64,000 bases of DNA. It comes from Bacilli bacterium (GTDB lineage: Bacteria > Bacillota_I > Bacilli_A > ML615J-28 > CAG-698). Both the position numbers and the translations under genes were made by a program. How positions within the stretch are numbered: position 1 is the first letter of the stretch; every line of letters starts with the position of its first letter. The notes under the pieces were generated by a model that worked only from the letters and a program-made list of their open reading frames with translations, did not search any database and was not told where the DNA came from. The DNA lies in contig JAFSVH010000063.1 in assembly GCA_017450215.1 (NCBI GenBank), forward strand, positions 5,603 through 69,602. The letters run 5' to 3'. Positions 9,590 to 18,718 of the stretch are shown here, piece after piece.

Positions 9590-11032
9590 TTATTCTTTAG
9601 GTTCTTCAGTTGAGTCACCATAGATTGCTTGATTAGCAGCATTTAAGCCTTCCATTCTAGCTTTCATATCTCTTTCTTCAGCTGGCTTTTCAGCAACTTT
9701 CTTATTAGCTAATAATTCAGATAAGTCTTTCTTTTCGCCATCTTTCTTTTCAGGAGTTTCTGCCTTTTTTGCTGCTTCTTTTTCTTCTAAAGCTTTTTGT
9801 TTAGCTTTTTCTTTTTCTTCTAAAGCTCTTTGTTTAGCTTTTTCTTTTTCAACTTTTGCTTTTGCGATTGCTTTAGCTTTTTCAGCTTTTGCTTTTGCAA
9901 GTGCCTTTGCTTTTTCTTTCTTAGCAAGTTCTCTTGCTTTTGCTTTTTCAGCTTTTGCTTTTTCTTTAGCTTCTGCATCAACTACATATTTATATGATGT
10001 ATCAATCAATCCATAAATATCATGAGGTTCAATTCCACCTTTATTAGTCAACTTGAACCATTGTTCACCTTCAGGGCTAGCTGCTTTAACACAGAAATTA
10101 GGATATTTATTTAATAATTTGATTGCACTAATTGGCTTACGTTGGAATGTAATTCTATAATCGCTATTAGTTCTTTGGCAAATTGCAACTACAGTGCCAT
10201 TACGTAAAATCTTAAAGTTATCTTCATCTTTACCATATTTGATTTCAATATCGCTATATTCTTTCTTAGCGTAATCTACAATCTCTTTTGGTGTAGGATA
10301 TAATTCTACTTGCTTCTTTAAGATCTTAACTTTTTCTTCAGCTGCTAATTGCTTTTCGATTTCAGCACTTTGTTCTAATTCTTGTTCTAAATTAACTTCT
10401 TCTTCAGCTTCTTCTTCAGCAGTTGCTTCTTCAGCAGTTTCAACTGTAGTAGTTTCTACTTTTTCTTCTTCAGTTGCTTCAACTTCTTCAACTGCTTCTT
10501 CTTCAAAAGCTGCTTCAGCTTTAACTTCTTCAGTTGCTTCTACTATAGTAGTTTCTACTTTTTCTTCTTCAACCTCTTCTTCAGCTTCAGGTTGAGGCTC
10601 TGGTTGAACTTCTTGTTGAACTTCTGGTTGAACCTCTGGTTTATATTCTACATAACTAGGTTCTTCCTTATATGCAACTTGCTTATATTGCTCTTGAGGC
10701 ATACCCAATCTTTGATTTTGTTGTTGTTCTTCAAGAACTAATTCTTCTGCTAGTTTTTCTAAGAAATTATTAATTGCATCATTAACTTGTGTAGTATCAA
10801 TTTTTACAACTAATGGTCCTTGCTTATCAGGTGCAGGTTGTGGTGTTGGTTGTGGATGTGCATATGGATTTGGCATAGGTCCAATTCCACCTCCATCAAT
10901 CTTATCACGTAGGTCTTGTCTACGTTTTCTTTCCATCATATCCTTTAAAGTAATAGTAAGAACTACTGTAATCATTAATAAAAATGCAATACCAAGCACA
11001 ATAATAACGATAATTAATCCAGTTTCGCCCAT
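9590..11032 (-). CDS. Membrane-anchored protein: Pro/Glu-rich linker, YjbR/MmcQ-like domain, Ala-Lys-Glu coiled coil
   Basis: One N-terminal TM; repeated EEEKVETT; QWFKLTNKGGIEPHDIYGLIDTSYKYV resembles the YjbR C-terminus; KAKAEKAK repeats. Confidence 0.6.
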   Translation of the reverse strand: MGETGLIIVIIVLGIAFLLMITVVLTITLKDMMERKRRQDLRDKIDGGGIGPMPNPYAHPQPTPQPAPDKQGPLVVKIDTTQVNDAINNFLEKLAEELVLEEQQQNQRLGMPQEQYKQVAYKEEPSYVEYKPEVQPEVQQEVQPEPQPEAEEEVEEEKVETTIVEATEEVKAEAAFEEEAVEEVEATEEEKVETTTVETAEEATAEEEAEEEVNLEQELEQSAEIEKQLAAEEKVKILKKQVELYPTPKEIVDYAKKEYSDIEIKYGKDEDNFKILRNGTVVAICQRTNSDYRITFQRKPISAIKLLNKYPNFCVKAASPEGEQWFKLTNKGGIEPHDIYGLIDTSYKYVVDAEAKEKAKAEKAKARELAKKEKAKALAKAKAEKAKAIAKAKVEKEKAKQRALEEKEKAKQKALEEKEAAKKAETPEKKDGEKKDLSELLANKKVAEKPAEERDMKARMEGLNAANQAIYGDSTEEPKE

Positions 11033-11177
11033 TTTATATCTCCTTTATTATAAATTATTTATTATGCTAGTTCTAATTAAAATCAGTGTATAATCTCCCA
11101 CTTTAATTTAAATTAAAAACTATTTAATCCATTTTATCATAGCCAGAATAAAAAAGCAATTTCAAAAAACATTTTTT

Positions 11178-13025
11178 TTAATTACTTCCATCATTATATT
11201 TACTAAAATATTCTACCATCCAATCATATACAGGTTTATTGATCCTTTCAATAACCCCATTCATAAGTTCTATTTTCTCATTAATCAATATTAAATCAAG
11301 TGCTTGGACATAACGATTATGATAATAATCAATCATATCGTCAATTGATTCCTTCCTATTCTTTAAATCAACTTTAGAAAGTTCTTCAATTGAACCTTCA
11401 AGAATCTTATACATATAATATGTATCTCCTGCATATTCATTATAGATAGCAATATAAAAAGCTTGAATGCTATGATTAACATTTACACTTGCAACTATTG
11501 TATCTAAGTCTACTTCTTCTTCACTACTATCTAATAATAAATAATCATAATTTGTATATGTTCTTAAATATTTATCAATAAATTCTTCTTTAATATTTGT
11601 AAGATTAACTTCCTCTAGCATATCTAATTTTAATGATTTCATGAATTCATATATATCATTAATAACTTTATCAATTTCATCATTATCATTATTCTTTAAT
11701 GCACGTAAATACTTTACATAATAAGAAACAGGGAAAGTATAACCTTCAGTACTTTGATTATAATATTCATCTAAAAAGAAAGCAAAATGGACTTTAGATG
11801 GAACATCTAGAAACCTTCCATCAGCATAAATATTACTAAAATCAATTATATTATTAACATAGAAATGATAACCAAAAGGACTAATTATTGCATCATAAAA
11901 ATAAACATCTCTTTCAATTTTTCTCTTTTCTAATGCTTCATCTAAATTAGCTTCAATAATCTTTCTAACACCTGCTTCAAATTCTTCAACCATTACATTC
12001 GGTTCAATTTCAAGCATCTCACAAACAACTGAATAATTATTCAAGAAATAAGGCTCAAAATCTGCCCCAGTTTCCATATCTAGACCAAAGTAGAATGATA
12101 ATGCATCTCCAACTTCGCTAAAATTAGCGTTAGAAAACAAATCTGACAATTTAACACAAAAGTCATAAATGTTATAACCTTTTTCTTCTAATTCTTCTTT
12201 ATTATCATATTGTTCTATTTTCTTAATTATATTAATAATCTTATTATATAATTCTTGTGCTGTTTCTTTATCTTCATCACTCCAATTATCTAAATATGAT
12301 AATTGTCCTTCCTCTTTTTTACAAATCAATAAATGCCAACCTGAAGCATAAAAATAATTATCAATATCTTTTGCATATCTTATTTTCACATAATCATCAT
12401 TGATATTATTAAGGTTACATACTTCACTATAGAATTTACTCATTATTTTTTGATATAAGAAATAAATACAAACATCATTAATTCCATTAACTTCATAGCC
12501 ATAATAATTACCAAATAAACTCTTACAAAAATCTAAGAAATCCATATCTTTATCATAACCATAATTTATATATGCACCATTTAATAGATTGGCTTTCAAT
12601 TGTTTTAGCTCAGAATAAATACTTTGCTCTTCTTCTTTTGAGCTAGTTGTATCAAAAAAGCATTCTTCATATTTTTTACCATCAAGATAAGCTTCATAAT
12701 CAAATATATCATTAATCAAATTACCATATCTATCTTTTGCATATATGAATACATAATCAAAAGTAAAACGAGAAACAAAAACACTAGCACTAAAATCTTC
12801 TTCATCAATTAAATCTAATGCTTTCTTTCTTCTTGTCCCATTATCAATTTCTCCAATCTCGACTGTATCTGGATCAATTAATTCAGGATCATCTATAGGG
12901 TCATCTGGATTATCAATTTCATTATCATTACAAGATACCATAAAAATAGTTAGTAATAATACAACAATGATTATTACAAACTTTTTTAAACTTATTTTAT
13001 TATTAATATTTTTCATAATTTGCAT
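11178..13025 (-). CDS. Lipoprotein with divergent parvulin/PrsA-like PPIase domain
   Basis: Lipobox FMVSC; YASGWHLLI, MVEEFEAGV and SPFGYHF match rotamase motifs. Confidence 0.6.
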   Translation of the reverse strand: MQIMKNINNKISLKKFVIIIVVLLLTIFMVSCNDNEIDNPDDPIDDPELIDPDTVEIGEIDNGTRRKKALDLIDEEDFSASVFVSRFTFDYVFIYAKDRYGNLINDIFDYEAYLDGKKYEECFFDTTSSKEEEQSIYSELKQLKANLLNGAYINYGYDKDMDFLDFCKSLFGNYYGYEVNGINDVCIYFLYQKIMSKFYSEVCNLNNINDDYVKIRYAKDIDNYFYASGWHLLICKKEEGQLSYLDNWSDEDKETAQELYNKIINIIKKIEQYDNKEELEEKGYNIYDFCVKLSDLFSNANFSEVGDALSFYFGLDMETGADFEPYFLNNYSVVCEMLEIEPNVMVEEFEAGVRKIIEANLDEALEKRKIERDVYFYDAIISPFGYHFYVNNIIDFSNIYADGRFLDVPSKVHFAFFLDEYYNQSTEGYTFPVSYYVKYLRALKNNDNDEIDKVINDIYEFMKSLKLDMLEEVNLTNIKEEFIDKYLRTYTNYDYLLLDSSEEEVDLDTIVASVNVNHSIQAFYIAIYNEYAGDTYYMYKILEGSIEELSKVDLKNRKESIDDMIDYYHNRYVQALDLILINEKIELMNGVIERINKPVYDWMVEYFSKYNDGSN

Positions 13026-13167
13026 TTATTCACCTTTTTATTCACTACTTAAAATTATACAATATAAAGACTTAAAACAAAACAATATAATTAAAAAACA
13101 ATATAGAAATTTATCCATTTTGTATTGATAATATGATATAATCTAATTAGTAAAGAAGGTAACAATT

Positions 13168-14352
13168 ATGCTTTATAACAATTTTAAAGAATGCAAAATA
13201 TCTAGATTAGGCTTTGGTCTAATGCGACTTCCTGTAAATAGTGATGGTACTATTAATAAGAAAGAAACTGAAAAAATGATTGATTATGCAATCGCACATG
13301 GTGTAAATTATTTTGACACTGCTTGGCCATATCATGGTGGAATGAGTGAAATCATCTGCTCTCAAATATTAAATAAATATCCTAGAGATTCCTACTTCCT
13401 TGCAACAAAGTTTCCAGGTCATCAAATAATATCTAATATGAATGTACAAGAAATCTTTGAAGAGCAATTAAAGAAATGTAATACAACTTACTTTGATTTC
13501 TATCTTCTTCATAATGTTTATGAAGGTTCAATAGATAGATATTTAGATAAAGAATTAAATATTATTCCATATTTAATTGAACAAAAAAAGAAAGGAAGAA
13601 TAAAGCATTTAGGTTTTTCTAGTCATGGTGATTTAGATATTATAAAAAGAATAATTGATTTATATCCTAATGATTTAGAATTCTGTCAACTTCAAATCAA
13701 TTATGTTGATTGGACATTACAAAAAGCCAAAGAGAAATATGATTATATCACTTCTTTAGGTTTAGGTGTTTGGGTAATGGAAACAGTAAGAGGCGGTAAG
13801 CTTGCAACACTAGATAGTGAATTTAGAGATAAACTAAAAGCAAGAAGAAAAGATGAATCCATTCCTTCTTGGGCTTTAAGATTTATCTTAAAGTTAGAGA
13901 ATGTGAAAGTAATGTTATCTGGAATGAGTAGTTATGAACAAATGATAGATAATATTAAAACAATGGAAAACGATAAACCTTTGACTGATGAAGAATTTAT
14001 TTTTTTAATTGAACTTGGTAAAGAATTATCATATGGCATTCCATGTACATCTTGTAAATATTGTACTAGTGGTTGTCCTAAGGGATTAAACATTCCAAGA
14101 TTATTATCATTTTATAATGATCTAAAATATCAAAAAAATATCATAAATGTATCAATGAAAATTGAAGCACTAGAAAAAGAAAAACAACCTTCTGCCTGTA
14201 TATCATGTAAAAAATGTACAACCATTTGCCCTCAAAAAATAGACATTCCAAAATATCTTCATCTTTTAGCAGATGAAATAGAAAGAATGCCTAAATGGCT
14301 TGATGTGTGTAAGCAAAGAGAGGAAGCAAACAAAAAAGCTAAATTAGATTAA
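13168..14352 (+). CDS. Aldo/keto reductase with C-terminal 4Fe-4S dicluster domain
   Basis: LGFGLMRLP, YFDTAWPYHGG, LATK, DFYLLH; CTSCKYCTSGCP and CISCKKCTTICP. Confidence 0.93.
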   Translation: MLYNNFKECKISRLGFGLMRLPVNSDGTINKKETEKMIDYAIAHGVNYFDTAWPYHGGMSEIICSQILNKYPRDSYFLATKFPGHQIISNMNVQEIFEEQLKKCNTTYFDFYLLHNVYEGSIDRYLDKELNIIPYLIEQKKKGRIKHLGFSSHGDLDIIKRIIDLYPNDLEFCQLQINYVDWTLQKAKEKYDYITSLGLGVWVMETVRGGKLATLDSEFRDKLKARRKDESIPSWALRFILKLENVKVMLSGMSSYEQMIDNIKTMENDKPLTDEEFIFLIELGKELSYGIPCTSCKYCTSGCPKGLNIPRLLSFYNDLKYQKNIINVSMKIEALEKEKQPSACISCKKCTTICPQKIDIPKYLHLLADEIERMPKWLDVCKQREEANKKAKLD

Positions 14353-14424
14353 AACATCAGTTCAAAACGAGATTTTTTATTTTAAATTCAAAAACTAAAA
14401 AGAAACCCTAAATAATAATTGAAT

Positions 14425-14466
14425 AAAAAAAGCATATGTGCATTTTTCGCACATATGCTTATTTTT
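14425..14466. terminator. Bidirectional intrinsic terminator
   Basis: AAGCATATGTGC/GCACATATGCTT 12-bp stem flanked by A- and T-runs between convergent genes. Confidence 0.85.
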
Positions 14467-14584
14467 CGTTCATATTTATCACAATAATATTTATTAAGTT
14501 CATTTTAATTCATTATAAATTCAACCCTCTGACAAAGCCCAAATTCACCATTTATTAAAAAATCATTACGACTTCATCATATAT

Positions 14585-15034
14585 TTATTCTTCTTCAGTT
14601 TTAACTTCTTCTTGTCTTGCTTTATCACTATTTATTCTTGAGATTGTGAAAACAAATCTCAAACTGCAAGTAAACAAGAATTCAAGTAGTGCAAAGAATA
14701 AAGCCCACCAAATTGTGAACCAGCCTGTAATTAATATGAATATAATATTACATATAAATACTAAACCAGTAGCAATACCAATTCTAGCAATATCATTTAA
14801 TTTGATTTTAAATAAATCAATTAAATATATTCCAAAAATAAAATATAAACCTATATTTAAGAATTCTAATCCTAATGCATAAAATGAAATATAATATCCA
14901 TAATCAACAATAGAATTCTCTTTTCCTGGCATTAATAATGTAGCAATATTCATAGATAAAAATACAGTACATATATCAAATATAACAATGCCAATTAATT
15001 TCCAATTAATTTTTAATTTCCAATTAATTTTCAT
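14585..15034 (-). CDS. Stand-alone 4-TM protein homologous to the N-terminal membrane domain of CapD/PglF
   Basis: Aligns by eye with the N-terminus of 18719..20575 (IFGIY/IFKIY, IGIATGLVFICN/IGLSSAIVFAIN, FTCSLRF/FTCILRF); begins with a duplicated KINWKL. Confidence 0.65.
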   Translation of the reverse strand: MKINWKLKINWKLIGIVIFDICTVFLSMNIATLLMPGKENSIVDYGYYISFYALGLEFLNIGLYFIFGIYLIDLFKIKLNDIARIGIATGLVFICNIIFILITGWFTIWWALFFALLEFLFTCSLRFVFTISRINSDKARQEEVKTEEE

Positions 15035-15245
15035 ATAAGCCTCATATCTTTTTTAAATCTATTTATAACATTATACAATATAAACTTAAAAAATGCAATT
15101 TTCTAATAATCTTTAATTATAATAGTTATAATATTAATTTGTACCTTATCTATTATTAATTTCAATTTTGTTTACTTTTAAAACTATTCAATTACTATTT
15201 AGTTTATTTTGATGATACTTGTGATATAACAAATAAAAAGTTGAG

Positions 15246-15527
15246 GTGTTTATTATGAATAATACTTCAAACGTTAGTTTCAGAATTGATTCTGAATTAA
15301 AAAAACAAGCTGATGCTTTATTCCAAAACTTAGGCTTAAATATGACTACTGCTTTTAATATATTTCTACGTCAATCAGTTAGAAAAGGAAGAATTCCCTT
15401 TGATGTAACTATTAATGTTCCAAATAGTGAAACCATCGAAGCAATGATTGAATCATTAAAATTATTAAGCGATCCAAACACTAAAGCATATAATGTAGAA
15501 GATGCATTGAAAGAGTTGAAGGCATAA
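15246..15527 (+). CDS. RelB/DinJ-family antitoxin
   Basis: SFRIDSELKKQADALFQNLGLNMTTAFNIFLRQSVRKGRIPF...PNSETIEAM; likely start ATG 15255. Confidence 0.9.
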   Translation: MFIMNNTSNVSFRIDSELKKQADALFQNLGLNMTTAFNIFLRQSVRKGRIPFDVTINVPNSETIEAMIESLKLLSDPNTKAYNVEDALKELKA

Positions 15528-15529
15528 TT

Positions 15530-15604
15530 ATGTATAAAGTTATTTGGTCTAACAAGTTTAATAAAGATTATAAACTAGCTATAAACCATGATTACATTAT
15601 CTAG
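15530..15604 (+). pseudogene. Truncated YafQ/RelE-family toxin (first 18 or so residues only)
   Basis: MYKVIWSNKFNKDYKLAI then NHDYII-stop, 2 bp after the antitoxin; matches the YafQ N-terminal pattern FKKDYKLA. Confidence 0.75.
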
Positions 15605-15636
15605 GCCTAATAATATTATAATTTATTTATATAAAT

Positions 15637-15670
15637 AAAAGATAATCAATTATAATTGATTATCTTTTTT
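15637..15670. terminator. Perfect 32-bp palindrome, bidirectional terminator
   Basis: AAAAGATAATCAATTATAATTGATTATCTTTT between convergent units. Confidence 0.75.
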
Positions 15671-15696
15671 GTCTTTGCAAAGTGTTTCACAATATA

Positions 15697-16233
15697 TTAA
15701 CAATTTATTATTTCTTTTAGTGTTAGTTGATTATCTTTATGAGATTTACCATGTTTTTTTACATACAAATTAATCAAATTGATTATTTCTTCATTTGTCA
15801 TACTATTAAAACATTCTTTCACAAAAGATGCTTGCTTCTTATATTTTCTATTATATTCTTTATAATATTCACTTGGTTTTTTAAATGATTTTACTTTCAT
15901 ATAATCATCATATAGATTTTCATTTAATAGAAATAATATTTCAAATTCTGGTGTAGTTGATATATCATATTTACAATTAATCTTTTCAGGCAAGATTTCT
16001 TTTGGTATTTTTAATTTATCTGATAATTTATCGCCAATCCGATAAATATTTACTGTATCACCAATAGGCAACGATTGAATATTTCCAATTAATTGACCTG
16101 TTATCTGTCTAGCATGGTAGATTTCTTCCATTAATAATTGTTCTTTATTGAATTTTAAAATACCTCTATCTATTAATACATTAATAAAAGATAGTTCATC
16201 AGATCCTTCAGTCATTATTAATACATAATTCAC
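15697..16233 (-). CDS. RloB/TOPRIM-like partner of the AAA ATPase
   Basis: LIMTEGSDE (TOPRIM-type EG) and TTPEFEILFL (resembles RloB SNPxFExW); overlaps the ATPase gene. Confidence 0.55.
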   Translation of the reverse strand: MNYVLIMTEGSDELSFINVLIDRGILKFNKEQLLMEEIYHARQITGQLIGNIQSLPIGDTVNIYRIGDKLSDKLKIPKEILPEKINCKYDISTTPEFEILFLLNENLYDDYMKVKSFKKPSEYYKEYNRKYKKQASFVKECFNSMTNEEIINLINLYVKKHGKSHKDNQLTLKEIINC

Positions 16234-17404
16234 TCGCTAAATTTCTCCTTACTTCTAACACTTGCTTATAATTTAGAGCTGTATTAAAAACATTATTATC
16301 AAATTGCTTACTCTTTAATAACTCCGTTCTAACATCATAATCAGAATATAAATTATTTGAAGTTATTTTTCCATTTATTTTGTGAGCAATGAAAATTCCA
16401 TCTCTTCTACTTAAATAATCTAGTATCTCAATATAATGAGTACTAAACAACAGTTGAGCTCCTTTATTATTTATTTTTGCATCATTGAATAAAAACAATA
16501 AATTAAAAACTAAATTTTTTTGGAAACAATTCTCTATTTCATCAACTATAAACACTTTACCATATTTTAATGCATTTATGCACCTAATAAACAATTCAAC
16601 ACCCCTAAATGTACCAGCTGATAATATTGAGACAAGTTCTGAATTAGACATTAATATTTCTTCTTCTCCTGCTCTTTTAAAGTATACATGATCACTATTA
16701 TCATATTTGATATATTCAATACTATCATCCAATAATTTAATTATTGAAGAAACTAACTTATTATCACAACTATTCAAACTCGTAAAAAAAGTATCTCTAA
16801 CAATTATTTCACTAAAATTCGTAATATTGTTATTGTTGAAGCAATCAACAATAACATTACTATTTGTTATTTTAGTAATAGCTGATGTGTCATATAATGA
16901 TAAATCAAATAATTCACTTATATCTTCACCATTACTATATATTAAATTTATGTTACTTACGCCACGAGCTTTATCATATTTTAATTTAAATAATCTTTCT
17001 TCTTTGATTGGCGAATATTTATTAACTAAAGATGCTTTATTTAAATCTATTTTTTCTAATGAGAAATAATAATTATATAAATAACTATCAAGATAAAATA
17101 AAACTTCAATTTCGATTTCTTCTTTATTAAAATCCCTTGGTATATATTCCCATCTTCCTGTTTGTATAAATATTAATATTTTTAAAAGTAATGATAGAAT
17201 TGTTGATTTACCAGATGAGTTTCCACCAACGAAAGCAATACTTCTAAATGCATATAATCCTTTATCTATTTCAAACATTTCTTTTTCTTTATCTTCTTGA
17301 TAAACTCTAGTTCTAGCAGTAAGATCTAATTCAAAATTATCTTCTAATAATTTAAATCCAGTAACTTTTATTTTTAGTAGATTAAGCATTGTGTTTTCCT
17401 CCAT
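16208..17404 (-). CDS. AAA_21/RloA-like ABC-type ATPase (AbiL-like module)
   Basis: Walker A GGNSSGKS, signature LSAGT, Walker B FIVDEIEN, FSTH; likely start ATG 17389. Confidence 0.85.
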   Translation of the reverse strand: MEENTMLNLLKIKVTGFKLLEDNFELDLTARTRVYQEDKEKEMFEIDKGLYAFRSIAFVGGNSSGKSTILSLLLKILIFIQTGRWEYIPRDFNKEEIEIEVLFYLDSYLYNYYFSLEKIDLNKASLVNKYSPIKEERLFKLKYDKARGVSNINLIYSNGEDISELFDLSLYDTSAITKITNSNVIVDCFNNNNITNFSEIIVRDTFFTSLNSCDNKLVSSIIKLLDDSIEYIKYDNSDHVYFKRAGEEEILMSNSELVSILSAGTFRGVELFIRCINALKYGKVFIVDEIENCFQKNLVFNLLFLFNDAKINNKGAQLLFSTHYIEILDYLSRRDGIFIAHKINGKITSNNLYSDYDVRTELLKSKQFDNNVFNTALNYKQVLEVRRNLASELCINND

Positions 17405-17416
17405 TTAGTCAATAAG

Positions 17417-17445
17417 AGTATAACATATTGAAGACATTATGTCAA
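17417..17445 (-). promoter_or_regulatory. Sigma-70/SigA promoter of the ATPase cassette
   Basis: TTGACA-17 bp-TATACT with an extended -10 TG. Confidence 0.75.
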
Positions 17446-17519
17446 CCACTCAAACATTTTTTTTGTTTTAGTGATTGTGAGATTTGATTTGCAATTATAA
17501 AAAAATGGGATTTAGAGCG

Positions 17520-17591
17520 TTCATTATTATTAACAATAAAATTATTTTCTCTAGCTATTTTTATTACCTCACTTTTTCTATATTTAAACAT
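17520..17591 (-). pseudogene. Truncated AbiEii nucleotidyltransferase toxin (N-terminal 24 aa)
   Basis: GGAGG RBS, then MFKYRKSEVIKIARENNFIVNNNE overlapping the abiEi stop; resembles AbiEii N-termini, then runs into the promoter region of the ATPase cassette. Confidence 0.55.
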
Positions 17592-18345
17592 CCAAGCCTC
17601 CTACCTTATCTATTAAAGATCCAAGATATTCATATCCATATAATCCCCATTCCTTTATAAACTTAAGCTTCTTTATTTCAGAATAAGATAAATATCCATA
17701 ATTTAATACATTAGATTTTTCCTTACAAAAATTAAAAAAAACATTTGTAATATTTAAATCATTTTTAAAATAAGATAAAATGTATCCAACTTTACGATAG
17801 AGTAGGTCTTTATCGTAATAATTAAGCATCGCTTTAATCTTATCCTCATTTATATGTTGTACAAGACTTATACATTTTATTAACTCTTCTACATCCATTG
17901 ATTTACCTAAAAGATTAATTGAATCCACTATCGTGCGTTCAATTGATGTTACTTTTACACCTTGGATATAATCAATTTGATTATTGTTATTAGAAATAAA
18001 GCATCGGTATCTATAATCATTATATTCTAATTCAGTAAATCGCTTAGAAGACATAACTTGAACATCATAATAACTTTGATTCTAAAAGCCATAAAATTCA
18101 AAAGCACTATGAAGAGAAATAAATGCATCGTTAGTGATATGAGAAGCAATTACGAATCTACTCATTGAATCATCTTTTATAATTGGATCAATTATTGAAT
18201 ATAGATTCTTTTTTATTCTACGTATCTGTCCTATTTTTATTAATCTTGATAGATATTTTTTTGTGTTCTCTTCATTCCCAATTAATTTGACTGCTTCATT
18301 TAACGAAAATACTCCCATAGGAGCTAATGTTGAAAAATATTTCAT
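17584..18345 (-). pseudogene. AbiEi-type (type IV TA) antitoxin broken by one in-frame TAG at 18082-18084
   Basis: ORFs 18082..18345 and 17584..18054 share a frame: ...SLHSAFEFYGF*NQSYYDVQVMSSKRF...VKVTSIERTIVDSI; N-terminal wHTH (IRRIKKNLY). Confidence 0.85.
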
Positions 18346-18718
18346 TTACTTACCTACTTTGTTTATAGATTATCTTGTAATTTTGTCAAGTAAATGGATG
18401 TATTATTCCACTTTCTTGCTATTTTTACAACATGAACTAAATTTCTTGAATTTAGTGCTTTTAATATTGTTTGCAGTTTATACAATATCAATATATACAT
18501 TTTTAATACTATACCTAAAAATTAAATAAAGGATTTATTAATTTATAATAAAGATAAAACAAAAAAACTAAATTGCAAATACTAATAAAAGAAAATATCA
18601 TGTAATGATTTATTGTCCTTTTATATTAATATTTATCAATTTAGTTTTAAAATTACTTCTTTAAAAATAAATTATTTTTAAAATAATAATTATTTTTATT
18701 ACAATAATTTATTATTTT

